Source of the DNA: Macrostomum lignano
Lineage: Eukaryota
Length of the DNA stretch: 64,000 bases
Direction: 5' to 3'
Assembly: GCA_002269645.1 (NCBI GenBank)
Contig: NIVC01002063.1
Location: 124,001 to 188,000, forward strand
The position numbers and the translations under genes were made by a program. Below the pieces are notes generated by a model. That model was not told the origin of the DNA, made no database searches, and was given only the letters and a program-made list of their open reading frames with translations. Below are positions 34,601 through 47,765 of the stretch, one piece after another; position 1 is the stretch's first letter, and each line of letters opens with the position of its first letter.

Positions 34601-36432
34601 CCAGTGTGCTCAATGAGATGTTGATGGATTGCTAATCTAGCCAGTGTGCTCAATGAGAGATGATTGTGGATTGCTAATCTAGCCAGTGTGCTCAATGAGA
34701 GATGATTTTGGATTGCTAATCTAGCCAGTGTGCTCAATGAGATGATGGTGGATTGCTAATCTAGCCAGTGTGCTCAATGAGATGATGGTGGATTGCTAAT
34801 CTAGCCAGTGTGCTCAATGAGAGATGATGATGGATTGCTAATCTAGCCAGTGTGCTCAATGAGATGATGATGGATTGCTAATCTAGCCAGTGTGCTCAAT
34901 GGGATGATAATGGATTGCTAATCTAGCCAGTGTGCTCAATGGGATGATAATGGATTGCTAATCTAGCCAGTGTGCTCAATGAGATGATGGTGGATTGCTA
35001 ATCTAGCCAGTGTGCTCAATGAGATGATGGTGGATTGCTAATCTAGCCAGTGTGCTCAATGAGATGATTGTGGATTGCTAATCTAGCCAGTGTGCTCAAT
35101 GAGAGATGATTGTGGATTGCTAATCTAGCCAGTGTGCTCAATGAGAGATGATGATGGATTGCTAATCTAGCCAGTGTGCTCAATGAGATGATGGTGGATT
35201 GCTAATCTAGCCAGTGTGCTCAATGAGATTATGGTGGATTGCTAATCAAGCCAGTGTGCTCAACGAGATGATTGTGGATTGCTAATCTAGCCAGTGTGCT
35301 CAACGAGATGATGGTGGATTGCTAATCTAGCCAGTGTGCTCAACGAGATGATGGTGGATTGCTAATCTAGCCAGTGTGCTCAACGAGATGATGGTGGATT
35401 GCTAATCTAGCCAGTATGCTCAATGAGATGATGGTGGATTGCTAATCAAGCCAGTGTGCTCAATGAGATGATGGTGAATTGCTGATGAGGACAAATGCAT
35501 GTAAAAGAAGCTGGATTAAGCGACATTGATAAAATATTAAACTCTTACCCAATTTACCCCAACAACAGGTAACCAGCCGCAACGATTCGCTGTACAACAC
35601 GCCGCCAACCTTCAGCATCTACGTCACTGGCCTGGTGATGCAGTGGGTTCGCGATTCTGGCGGTGTGGCCCGTATGCAGGAGCTGTCCCGCGAGAAGTCG
35701 TCCCTTCTCTACAATTTGATTGAAAATTCTCAGGGTTTCTACTAGTAAGTAGAGTGAATGCGTTTTTCTTTATTTTTTAAGAACTTTTTAATAGCACCCC
35801 TTGTTCCGTTTTTTTAAAATGAATTTTATGCCATAGTAAAGAAAGTAAAAGTTAAGTTCACGACCTGTTTTCGAGCTTAAGGTCACGACCCTATCTCGAG
35901 TTTAAGGTCACGACCCTATCTCGGGTTTAAGTTCACGACCCTATCTCGGGTTTAAGGACACGACCCTATCTCGGGTTTAAGGTCACGACCCTATCTCGGG
36001 TTTAAGGTCACGACCCTATCTCAGGTTTAAGGGCACGACCCTATCTCGGGTTTAAGGTCACGACCCTATCTCGGGTTTAAGGTCACGACCGTTTATTAAA
36101 TTCGATTTACAAGCCCAACTCTTGGGGTCAAGTGAAGTTCATGACCCCATCCTGCAAGTAACTATCACCACCCTATCTCCCGCAGCTGCCCAGTGGACAA
36201 GTCATGCCGCTCTCGCATGAACATTGTGTTCCGCCTTTCCGGCGGCGAAGCTCTGGAGAAGCGGTTTGCCGAAGAGGCCGCCAAGCAGGGCCTGACCAAT
36301 CTGGAAGGTCACCGGTCGATTGGCGGTCTCCGGGCCTCGTTGTATAACGCTGTGACTATTGCGGACACCCGGACTCTGGCCAGCTTCATGCGCGACTTTG
36401 CAAAACGAGTCGCTCAGATTGACCTTGCCTAA
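31635..36432 (+). CDS. PSAT1: Phosphoserine aminotransferase. Exons: 31635-31727, 33183-33396, 33894-34333, 35569-35744, 36186-36432
   Basis: [93 protein letters not shown] (PLP lysine), [17 protein letters not shown] and [15 protein letters not shown]. All junctions are GT/AG and match in phase (0, 1, 0, 2). Confidence 0.97.
32230..32383. mobile_element. 154-bp near-perfect palindrome (MITE-like hairpin) in PSAT intron 1
   Basis: Left arm GCGCAACCTAGGGATTCACCCGGCCGTTTCTATTGGCAACACACAC..AAGTCGCTATTGG is the reverse complement of the right arm with few mismatches; TCACGTGA lies at the centre. Confidence 0.8.
32590..33120 (+). repeat. Degenerate purine-rich tandem repeat (GGAATCAGGGATGAAGGG.. 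subunits) in PSAT intron 1
   Basis: Visible degenerate array. Confidence 0.85.
33405..33875 (+). repeat. 41-nt minisatellite (GATGGGTTGCTAATCTACTCTCCTCAGTGATCTAATTGTGT, about 11 copies) forming nearly all of PSAT intron 2
   Basis: Tandem array. Confidence 0.97.
34310..35480 (+). repeat. 40/42-nt minisatellite (GATGATGGTGGATTGCTAATCTAGCCAGTGTGCTCAATGA, about 28 copies) in PSAT intron 3; the first unit overlaps the exon end
   Basis: Tandem array; CCAGTGTGCTCA also occurs in the exon just before the donor. Confidence 0.97.
35860..36095 (+). repeat. 25-nt minisatellite (GGTCACGACCCTATCTCGGGTTTAA) in PSAT intron 4
   Basis: Tandem array. Confidence 0.95.
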
Positions 36433-36574
36433 ACCTAGCAAATCAGATTGTTGAATGAACTGTCAGCTAACAACTTTGCTCCCGTTTCTTGTCTTCTCTT
36501 TCTCTTCTTCAAAGATCTTCTTCAATGATCAATAATGGTTTTTATTTTCTTATGTCAATCAATATCTGGAACAA

Positions 36575-36590
36575 CAGAGACAGAAAGAGA

Positions 36591-36644
<54 letters not shown>

Positions 36645-36648
36645 GAGC
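36575..36648 (+). repeat. (GA)n microsatellite downstream of PSAT
   Basis: Direct. Confidence 0.95.
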
Positions 36649-37279
36649 ATTAACTAATGCTTTTACGTAGTACTCAGCATCTCATTGTGCGCGTTTGTTT
36701 TACTATTTAAATTATTAACGATACAATTTGCGACTTAAATTGGCTTGGCAATGATGAGTCTAGTGGGAATTTTTCGAACAAAAAAGCCTTACCTGTGCTA
36801 CTGAAAGTAGAAATACAAAAACATGCATTTGGTTGGAGCCGCCTGGTCAATTTAACCGATTTGATTAATTTTCATCAACTTTGCAAATTGAAGAAATTTT
36901 GCTATCTAATTAAAACTATAATCTTGTATCATTTTCGGTGATTGCTGCTGTCGAACTTTGATCTAATTTTCAAAGTATTTGTACTTGAAAATTTGTTTTA
37001 TTGATGCGATTTAAATTTGGATAAACTGAACTACTGTGCTTCTAAATAAATGCGTTTAAATGATTTATTAAGTGCAAGCTGAAGTTGGATCTGCCTCTCG
37101 GTTATTGTTTTACCTGTTTGACTAATTGAAATATACAAAAGTACTGGCACCAATTTCTGTTGTGTCAGGCTGTCTTGAATGATCTGAGAAAAGATTCACC
37201 GATTTTAATATTTTCTTGTCGCCATTGAAAGCTGGTTCTAAAATACCACTTTACGGGCTCGTACAGTTGCATAATAAGA

Positions 37280-40200
37280 ATCACCTCTGAACCACTCAGA
37301 GAATCGGCCGTGAACCACTCAGAGAATCGGCCCTGAACCACTCAGAGAATCAACCGTGAACCACTCAGAGAATCGGCCCTGAACCACTCAGAGAATCGGC
37401 CCTGAACCACTCAGAGAATCGGCCATGAACCACTCAGAGAATCGGCCCTGAACCACTCAGAGAATCGGCCCTGAACCACTCAGAGAATCGGCCGTGAACC
37501 ACTCAGAGAATCGGCCCTGAACCACTCAGAGAATCGGCCGTGAACCACTCAGAGAATCGGCCGTGAACCACTCAGAGAATCGGCCCTGAACCACTCAGAG
37601 AATCGGCCGTGAACCACTCAGAGAATCGGCCCTGAACCACTCAGAGAATCGGCCCTGAACCACTCAGAGAATCGGCCGTGAACCACTCAGAGAATCGGCC
37701 CTGAACCACTCAGAGAATCGGCCGTGAACCACTCAGAGAATCGGCCCTGAACCACTCAGAGAATCGGCCGTGAACCACTCAGAGAATCGGCCCTGAACCA
37801 CTCAGAGAATCGGCCGTGAACCACTCAGAGAATCACCTCTGAACCACTCAGAGAATCGGCCCTGAACCGCTCAGAGAATCGGCCCTGAACCACTCAGAGA
37901 ATCGGCCCTGAACCACTCAGAGAATCGGCCCTGAACCACTCAGAGAATCGGCCGTGAACCACTCAGAGAATCGGCCCTGAACCACTCAGAGAATCACCTC
38001 TGAACCACTCAGAGAATCGGCCGTGAACCACTCAGAGAATCGGCCCTGAACCACTCAGAGAATCGGCCCTGAACCACTCAGAGAATCGGCTCTGAACCAC
38101 TCAGAGAATCGGCCCTGAACCACTCAGAGAATCGGCCGTGAACCACTCAGAGAATCGGCCCTGAACCACTCAGAGAATCGGCCCTGAACCACTCAGAGAA
38201 TCGGCCCTGAACCACTCAGAGAATCGGCCCTGAACCACTCAGAGAATCGGCCCTGAACCACTAAGAGAATCGCCATGAACCACTCAGAGAATCGGCTCTG
38301 AACCACTCAGAGAATCGGCTCTGAACCACTCAGAGAATCACCTCTGAACCACTCAGAGAATCGGCCATGAACCACTCATTAGAATCGCCTCTGAACCTAA
38401 GAGAATCGGCCATGAACCACTCAGAGAATCGGCCCTGAACCACTCAGAGAATCGGCCCTGAACCACTCAGAGAATCGGCCGTGAACCACTCAGAGAATCG
38501 GCCGTGAACCACTCAGAGAATCGGCCGTGAACCACTCAGAGAATCGGCCCTGAACCACTCAGAGAATCGGCCCTGAACCACTCAGAGAATCGGCCCTGAA
38601 CCACTCAGAGAATCGGCCCTGAACCACTCAGAGAATCGGCCGTGAACCACTCAGAGAATCGGCCCTGAACCACTCAGAGAATCACCTCTGAACCACTCAG
38701 AGAATCGGCCGTGAACCACTCAGAGAATCGGCCCTGAACCACTCAGAGAATCGGCCGTGAACCACTCAGAGAATCGGCCCTGAACCACTCAGAGAATCAC
38801 CTCTGAACCACTCAGAGAATCGGCCCTGAACCACTCAGAGAATCGGCCCTGAACCACTCAGAGAATCGGCCGTGAACCACTCAGAGAATCGGCCCTGAAC
38901 CACTCAGAGAATCGGCCGTGAACCACTCAGAGAATCACCTCTGAACCACTCAGAGAATCGGCCCTGAACCGCTCAGAGAATCGGCCCTGAACCACTCAGA
39001 GAATCGGCCCTGAACCACTCAGAGAATCGGCCCTGAACCACTCAGAGAATCGGCCGTGAACCACTCAGAGAATCGGCCCTGAACCACTCAGAGAATCAAC
39101 CGTGAACCACTCAGAGAATCGGCCCTGAACCACTCAGAGAATCGGCCCTGAACCACTCAGAGAATCGGCCATGAACCACTCAGAGAATCGGCCCTGAACC
39201 ACTCAGAGAATCGGCCCTGAACCACTCAGAGAATCGGCCGTGAACCACTCAGAGAATCGGCCGTGAACCACTCAGAGAATCGGCCCTGAACCACTCAGAG
39301 AATCGGCCCTGAACCACTCAGAGAATCGGCCCTGAACCACTCAGAGAATCGGCCCTGAACCACTAAGAGAATCGCCATGAACCACTCAGAGAATCGGCTC
39401 TGAACCACTCAGAGAATCGGCTCTGAACCACTCAGAGAATCACCTCTGAACCACTCAGAGAATCGGCCATGAACCACTCATTAGAATCGCCTCTGAACCT
39501 AAGAGAATCGGCCATGAACCACTCAGAGAATCGGCCCTGAACCACTCAGAGAATCGGCCCTGAACCACTCAGAGAATCGGCCGTGAACCACTCAGAGAAT
39601 CGGCCGTGAACCACTCAGAGAATCGGCCGTGAACCACTCAGAGAATCGGCCCTGAACCACTCAGAGAATCGGCCCTGAACCACTCAGAGAATCGGCCCTG
39701 AACCACTCAGAGAATCGGCCCTGAACCACTCAGAGAATCGGCCGTGAACCACTCAGAGAATCGGCCCTGAACCACTCAGAGAATCGGCCCTGAACCACTC
39801 AGAGAATCGGCCCTGAACCACTCAGAGAATCGGCCCTGAACCACTCAGAGAATCGGCCCTGAACCACTAAGAGAATCGCCATGAACCACTCAGAGAATCG
39901 GCTCTGAACCACTCAGAGAATCGGCTCTGAACCACTCAGAGAATCACCTCTGAACCACTCAGAGAATCGGCCATGAACCACTCATTAGAATCGCCTCTGA
40001 ACCTAAGAGAATCGGCCATGAACCACTCAGAGAATCGGCCCTGAACCACTCAGAGAATCGGCCCTGAACCACTCAGAGAATCGGCCGTGAACCACTCAGA
40101 GAATCGGCCGTGAACCACTCAGAGAATCGGCCGTGAACCACTCAGAGAATCGGCCCTGAACCACTCAGAGAATCGGCCCTGAACCACTCAGAGAATCGGC

Positions 40201-42185
40201 CCTGAACCACTCAGAGAATCGGCCCTGAACCACTCAGAGAATCGGCCGTGAACCACTCAGAGAATCGGCCCTGAACCACTCAGAGAATCACCTCTGAACC
40301 ACTCAGAGAATCGGCCGTGAACCACTCAGAGAATCGGCCCTGAACCACTCAGAGAATCGGCCGTGAACCACTCAGAGAATCGGCCCTGAACCACTCAGAG
40401 AATCACCTCTGAACCACTCAGAGAATCGGCCCTGAACCACTCAGAGAATCGGCCCTGAACCACTCAGAGAATCGGCCGTGAACCACTCAGAGAATCGGCC
40501 CTGAACCACTCAGAGAATCGGCCGTGAACCACTCAGAGAATCACCTCTGAACCACTCAGAGAATCGGCCCTGAACCGCTCAGAGAATCGGCCCTGAACCA
40601 CTCAGAGAATCGGCCCTGAACCACTCAGAGAATCGGCCCTGAACCACTCAGAGAATCGGCCGTGAACCACTCAGAGAATCGGCCCTGAACCACTCAGAGA
40701 ATCAACCGTGAACCACTCAGAGAATCGGCCCTGAACCACTCAGAGAATCGGCCCTGAACCACTCAGAGAATCGGCCATGAACCACTCAGAGAATCGGCCC
40801 TGAACCACTCAGAGAATCGGCCCTGAACCACTCAGAGAATCGGCCGTGAACCACTCAGAGAATCGGCCGTGAACCACTCAGAGAATCGGCCCTGAACCAC
40901 TCAGAGAATCGGCCCTGAACCACTCAGAGAATCGGCCCTGAACCACTCAGAGAATCGGCCCTGAACCACTAAGAGAATCGCCATGAACCACTCAGAGAAT
41001 CGGCTCTGAACCACTCAGAGAATCGGCTCTGAACCACTCAGAGAATCACCTCTGAACCACTCAGAGAATCGGCCATGAACCACTCATTAGAATCGCCTCT
41101 GAACCTAAGAGAATCGGCCATGAACCACTCAGAGAATCGGCCCTGAACCACTCAGAGAATCGGCCCTGAACCACTCAGAGAATCGGCCGTGAACCACTCA
41201 GAGAATCGGCCGTGAACCACTCAGAGAATCGGCCGTGAACCACTCAGAGAATCGGCCCTGAACCACTCAGAGAATCGGCCCTGAACCACTCAGAGAATCG
41301 GCCCTGAACCACTCAGAGAATCGGCCCTGAACCACTCAGAGAATCGGCCGTGAACCACTCAGAGAATCGGCCCTGAACCACTCAGAGAATCACCTCTGAA
41401 CCACTCAGAGAATCGGCCGTGAACCACTCAGAGAATCGGCCCTGAACCACTCAGAGAATCGGCCGTGAACCACTCAGAGAATCGGCCCTGAACCACTCAG
41501 AGAATCACCTCTGAACCACTCAGAGAATCGGCCCTGAACCACTCAGAGAATCGGCCCTGAACCACTCAGAGAATCACCTCTGAACCACTCAGAGAATCGG
41601 CCGTGAACCACTCAGAGAATCGGCCCTGAACCACTCAGAGAATCGGCCCTGAACCACTCAGAGAATCGGCCGTGAACCACTCAGAGAATCGGCCCTGAAC
41701 CACTCAGAGAATCGGCCCTGAACCACTCAGAGAATCGGCCGTGAACCACTCAGAGAATCGGCCCTGAACCACTCAGAGAATCGGCCCTGAACCACTCAGA
41801 GAATCGGCCCTGAACCACTCAGAGAATCGGCCCTGAACCACTCAGAGAATCGGCCCTGAACCACTCAGAGAATCGGCCCTGAACCACTCAGAGAATCGGC
41901 CCTGAACCACTCAGAGAATCGGCCGTGAACCACTCAGAGAATCGGCCCTGAACCACTCAGAGAATCGGCCCTGAACCACTCAGAGAATCGGCCCTGAACC
42001 ACTCAGAGAATCGGCCGTGAACCACTCAGAGAATCGGCCCTGAACCACTCAGAGAATCGGCCGTGAACCACTCAGAGAATCACCTCTGAACCACTCAGAG
42101 AATCGGCCCTGAACCGCTCAGAGAATCGGCCCTGAACCACTCAGAGAATCGGCCATGAACCACTCAGAGAATCGCCTCTGAACCT
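37280..42185 (+). repeat. 23-nt satellite (GAACCACTCAGAGAATCGGCCCT, about 210 copies) with higher-order duplication
   Basis: Tandem array; a diagnostic variant block recurs at 38261, 39363, 39866 and 40969. Confidence 0.98.
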
Positions 42186-42904
42186 TTTAGATAACAAGTT
42201 CATCTCCTTACGACCTGGAAAATTGCAATCAGTAAAAAGAAAGTGCACCTGCAAATCTCTGACCAGCACTCAAGAGAATAAAATATTTGGCTACGTGAGC
42301 GACTCAAAAAAGGCCTACAGTCTGCAATCCCCCGTCATGCCCCACCGACGATTGGGGCACTCAACCGGAAATTTGACTAGCATGCGGTAATCGATAAGAG
42401 CTTAATATTATATTATTAAAATTATATATAGTATAGCAAGTGTTGGGAAGGTGGATAGCAGTGGGAGAAACCCTAAGTGGACAATTCATACAGCAAATTG
42501 GACTGAATCCTGTTCTATGCAGCATCGAAGACTGACAGACTGTCTGAATTGGCCAAGTTGAGTAATTTGATCACCCAGTCTCGCTCCAGCTGTTCTACAG
42601 GAACAGAGTTCCGCCTCGGGTTTTACCAGGAGTAAGAAAGGGATTAAACAATTGAGTAAAGAAAGTTTATTCGCTTAAATTCAGGCCTTTGCAGAAATTT
42701 GAAGATGAGCGCAAAAATTCTCAGCTCCGTCCACCAAAGTTAGCGTTAATCCTGGCTTCGTAGAATAAAATCTGCAGTCAATTTTTGTGAAACTTTCTGC
42801 TTTTTTCTGCGTGTTCTTTGCGGGGGTGGCTCACCGTGCATACCAGTGTAATTCTTTGCTTTTTGGCAGACCATCAAGGACCGGATACGAGTTTTTTACT
42901 GAGG

Positions 42905-45255
42905 CCCCATGATTAAGGACTGGAAACCCACTAAATAACCATAGATCAGGGACTGGAAAACCCTGCACTAAATGACCATAGATCAGGGACTGGAAAATCC
43001 TGCACTAATTAACCATCGATCATGGACTGGAAACCCTGCACTAAATAACCATAGATCAGGGATTGGAAACCCTGCACTAAATAACCATAGATCAAGGACT
43101 GGAAACCCTGCACTAAATAACCATCGATCAGGGACTGGAAACCCTGCACTAAATAACCATCGATCAGGGACTGGAAACCCTGCACTAAATGACCATAGAT
43201 CAGGGACTGGAAACCCTGCACTAAATAACCATAGATCAGGGACAGGAAACCCTGCACTAAATAACCATAGATCAGGGACAGGAAACCCTGCACTAAATAA
43301 CCATAGATCAGGGACTGGAAACCCTGCACTAAATAACCATCGATCAGGGACTGGAAACCCTGCACTAATTAATCATAGATAAGGAACTGAAAACCCTGCA
43401 CTAAATAACCATCGATCAGGGACTGGAAACCCTGCACTAAATAACCATAGATCATGGACTGGAAACCCTGCACTAATTAACCATAGATAAGGAACTGAAA
43501 ACCCTGCACTAAATAACCATAGATCAGGGACAGGAAACCCTGCACTAAATAACCATAGATCAGGGACTGGAAACCCTGCACTAAATAACCATAGATCATG
43601 GACTGGAAACCCTGCACTAAATAACCATAGATCAGGGACTGGAAACCCTGCACTAAATAACCATAGATCAGGGACAGGAAACCCTGCACTAAATAACCAT
43701 AGATCAGGGACTGGAAACCCTGCACTAAATAACCATCGATCAGGGACTGGAAACCCTGCACTAATTAATCATAGATAAGGAACTGAAAACCCTGCACTAA
43801 ATAACCATCGATCAGGGACTGGAAACCCTGCACTAAATAACCATAGATCATGGACTGGAAACCCTGCACTAATTAACCATAGATAAGGAACTGAAAACCC
43901 TGCACTAAATAACCATAGATCAGGGACAGGAAACCCTGCACTAAATAACCATAGATCAGGGACTGGAAACCCTGCACTAAATAACCATAGATCATGGACT
44001 GGAAACCCTGCACTAATTAACCATAGATAAGGAACTGAAAACCCTGCACTAAATAACCATAGATCAGGGACAGGAAACCCTGCACTAAATAACCATAGAT
44101 CAGGGACTGGAAACCCTGCACTAAATAACCATAGATCATGGACTGGAAACCCTGCACTAAATAACCATAGATCAGGGACTGGAAACCCTGCACTAAATAA
44201 CCATCGATCAGGGACTGGAAACCCTGCACTAAATAACCATAGATCATGGACTGGAAACCCTGCACTAATTAACCATAGATAAGGAACTGAAAACCCTGCA
44301 CTAAATAACCATAGATCAGGGACAGGAAACCCTGCACTAAATAACCATAGATCAGGGACTGGAAACCCTGCACTAAATAACCATAGATCATGGACTGGAA
44401 ACCCTGCACTAAATAACCATAGATCAGGGACTGGAAACCCTGCACTAAATAACCATAGATCAGGGACTGGAAACCCTGCACTAAATAACCATAGATCAGG
44501 GACAGGAAACCCTGCACTAAATAACCATAGATCAGGGACTGGAAACCCTGCACTAAATAACCATCGATCAGGGACTGGAAACCCTGCACTAATTAATCAT
44601 AGATAAGGAACTGAAAACCCTGCACTAAATAACCATCGATCAGGGACTGGAAACCCTGCACTAAATAACCATAGATCATGGACTGGAAACCCTGCACTAA
44701 TTAACCATAGATAAGGAACTGAAAACCCTGCACTAAATAACCATAGATCAGGGACAGGAAACCCTGCACTAAATAACCATAGATCAGGGACTGGAAACCC
44801 TGCACTAAATAACCATAGATCATGGACTGGAAACCCTGCACTAATTAACCATAGATAAGGAACTGAAAACCCTGCACTAAATAACCATAGATCAGGGACA
44901 GGAAACCCTGCACTAAATAACCATAGATCAGGGACTGGAAACCCTGCACTAAATAACCATAGATCATGGACTGGAAACCCTGCACTAAATAACCATAGAT
45001 CAGGGACTGGAAACCCTGCACTAATTAACCATAGATAAGGAACTGAAAACCCTGCACTAAATAACCATAGATCAGGGACTGGAAACCCTGCACTAAATAA
45101 CCATAGATCATGGACTGGAAACCCTGCACTAATTAACCATAGATAAGGAACTGAAAACCCTGCACTAAATAACCATAGATCAGGGACTGGAAACCCTGCA
45201 CTAAATAACCATAGATCAGGGACTGGAAACCCTGCACTAAATAACCATAGACTGA
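42905..45255 (+). repeat. 36-nt satellite (GGAAACCCTGCACTAAATAACCATAGATCAGGGACT, about 65 copies)
   Basis: Tandem array. Confidence 0.98.
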
Positions 45256-45636
45256 AAACCCACGATCAGCGCTAGATATACAAAATAATTGTTCCAGTCT
45301 GTGTACTCTACCAATCCTTGAGAGCCAAGTGTGTACATGAGTAAGCTAGGAAGTTCCAAGGAAAATAGTCGCAAAGTCGCAAACTAGTGTAGTTTACCAA
45401 CCCACACAATTCTGTCAAAACAATTTATAGCCTACGCACTCACGTAATATGTCTGCGCTGTCATTATTTCCAGTTTTTTCAAGCCGAGAACTTTATCATC
45501 TACTAAAACTATGGGCAGATTGAGAAAAAGCTACTCAAAATATATTGTCCCATAGTAAAAGGAACACACGAATGCAACGAAAGGATTGCTACAGGCATTT
45601 TCGAGGACCTCACACAGCATATGGCCAACGCGCAGT

Positions 45637-45760
<124 letters not shown>

Positions 45761-45956
45761 ATCGGGCCACTTTTTTCCTTTCTCGGCTGTCCAACGACAG
45801 ATCCGATCGAATCACTTCCGCTTAATAGAGTCGTCTCAGCATTGTATATAGCATAGAAAATGAGATCCTTGAGCAAGGAGTTTGCTTACCGAATTGTTCA
45901 AAGGCAGGAAGCCTATATTTTACGTATTGGAAATTATTGAAAAACATCTCAAAGAA

Positions 45957-47323
45957 ATGTACCTGGAGCTGTTCAACGCCCTGACCTTCAGCTTAGGCGT
46001 TATTCTGATCGCTACTGGTTACTTCTTGATCGGTCAGAAATCACAGGTGTACGATCTATACGGTCCGACCTTTCCCATGGCACTGCTGATTGTCATATCG
46101 ATTGGTATTACAATTGCCGCTGTGGTGTCTGACACTTCGTTTTATAAGAGTAGCTCTTCGGCTGGTAGCTGTCAGGTGAGTGTGAGAAATATAACTGACA
46201 GCCAACTACCATAGCAACAAATATGGGTAGCAGCCAATATGCATAGCAACCAATATGCATGGCAACCAATATCATAGCAACCACTATGCATAGCAAACAA
46301 AATGCATAGCAAACAAAATGCATAGCAACCAATATGCATAGCAACCAATAGGTATAGCAACCAACATACATATCAACCAGTATGCGCAGGAACCAACGTG
46401 CATAGCAATTAATATGCATAGCAATCAATATGCAAATAGCAACCAATATGCATAGCAACTAATTTGCATAGCAACCAATATACATAGCCACCAATATGCA
46501 TAGCAACCAATATGCATATAGCAACCAATATGCATAGCAACCAATATGCATATAGCAACCAATAGACATAGCAACCAATAGGCATAGCAACCAACATACA
46601 GTACATAGCAACCAACATGAATAGCAACCAATAGGCATAGCAACCAACATGAATAGCAACCAATATTCGTAACAACTAATGCGCATGGCAACCAAAAACG
46701 TAAACCAAATGGTATGCATAGGAACAAAATAATTCTATCAACCAATTCACATAGCAACCATCGGATATCTTGCGCATATTACTTACCTTCTTCCGCAGAT
46801 TCTAATCTTCATCCTATTGATAGTGCTCATACTCAGCCTGGAGCTGTCGGCGGCCGTAGCCGGACTCGCCCTGCCAGACTACATCCGCAGCATCGCCAGC
46901 CGAAACATCCAGCAGCAGATGGCCAACTATCCGAAAGCCAACGCTAGCGCCTCCTTTGCCGACGGTCGCGAACCCTGGATCGATGTGGTGCAGCGCAGCT
47001 TTGGGTGCTGCGGTTTAAACGGCTCGTCGGACTGGTTGCGTCATCAAGCTCGACCGCCGGCAAGTTGTTGCACAACGCGGGTGAGTCAGTCCACGCCTGT
47101 GACAGGCTGCAACGCCAGCAGTGTGCACTCGGCCGGATGCGATGACGTCATTAAAGCTTGGCTCACTGGCGAAGTTCGCGTATTCGCTGGCATCGCCGCT
47201 GGCATCTGCTTGCTGCAGTTGGTCAGCGTGGGAGCGATGCTTTATAAAAAGTCTACCTGGCGACCGAAACTGTTGCCGACTGAGGTAGAAACTAAGGCTG
47301 ACTTAGTTGATGGCACTCGTTGA
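45957..47323 (+). CDS. Tetraspanin, about 247 aa. Exons: 45957-46175, 46799-47323
   Basis: Four hydrophobic segments (LFNALTFSLGVILIATG; MALLIVISIGITIAAVV; ILIFILLIVLILSLELSAAVAGL; VFAGIAAGICLLQLVSVGAML). The large loop has FGCCG, PASCC and GC cysteine motifs. Junction CAG|GTGAGT to CCGCAG|ATT is phase 0. The start codon is uncertain. Confidence 0.85.
46200..46760 (+). repeat. Degenerate repeat of about 16 nt (GCATAGCAACCAATAT) filling the tetraspanin intron
   Basis: Tandem array; source of the Cys/Tyr/Trp-rich minus-strand ORFs. Confidence 0.92.
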
Positions 47324-47369
47324 TTGAAGCTGATTGAGTTTGGTACTATTTTGTGGAATTTTCATCTAA

Positions 47370-47765
47370 TTCCCTGTGGGGGGCAGTTGGGCTAGTCCAC
47401 TTTACTAATTTTCTGAAATATGTACAAACGGGCCTAAAGATCGTCTTAATCGATTCGATCTGATCCCCTGTGGAGGGGCAGCTGGGCTAGTCTACTTACT
47501 ATACTAATGTTCTGAAATTTGCACAAGCGGGCCTAAGACTCTTCGATTCAATCTGATCTCCTGTGGAGGGGCAGCTGGGTTAGTCCACTTTACTAACTTT
47601 CTGAAATTGCACAAACTGGCCTAAGAGTCTTAATCGATTCAATCTGATCCCCTGTAGAGGGGGGCAGCTGGCTAGTCTACTATACTAATATTCTGAAATT
47701 TTTACGAACGGGCCTAAGACTCTTCGATTCAATATGATCACTGTGGAAGGCCAGTTGGACTAAGT
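47370..47765 (+). repeat. Degenerate tandem repeat of about 90-95 nt (about 4 copies) downstream of the tetraspanin stop
   Basis: Recurrent CCTGTGG(A)GGGGCAG(C/T)TGGGCTAGTC..TTCTGAAAT..GGGCCTAAGA. Confidence 0.8.

Noticed and set aside
42191-42388. Open frame after a CCTTTTAG acceptor-like site at the end of the 23-nt satellite
   Set aside because: No recognisable homology, and I could not join it in phase to the downstream candidate exons without invoking an unsupported micro-exon
37280-45255. CRISPR-like appearance of the 23-nt and 36-nt arrays
   Set aside because: Units are head-to-tail with no unique spacers, there are no cas genes, and the context is eukaryotic
46108-46757. Hydrophobic Cys/Tyr/Trp-rich minus-strand ORFs resembling membrane proteins
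   Set aside because: Antisense reading of the repeat-filled tetraspanin intron
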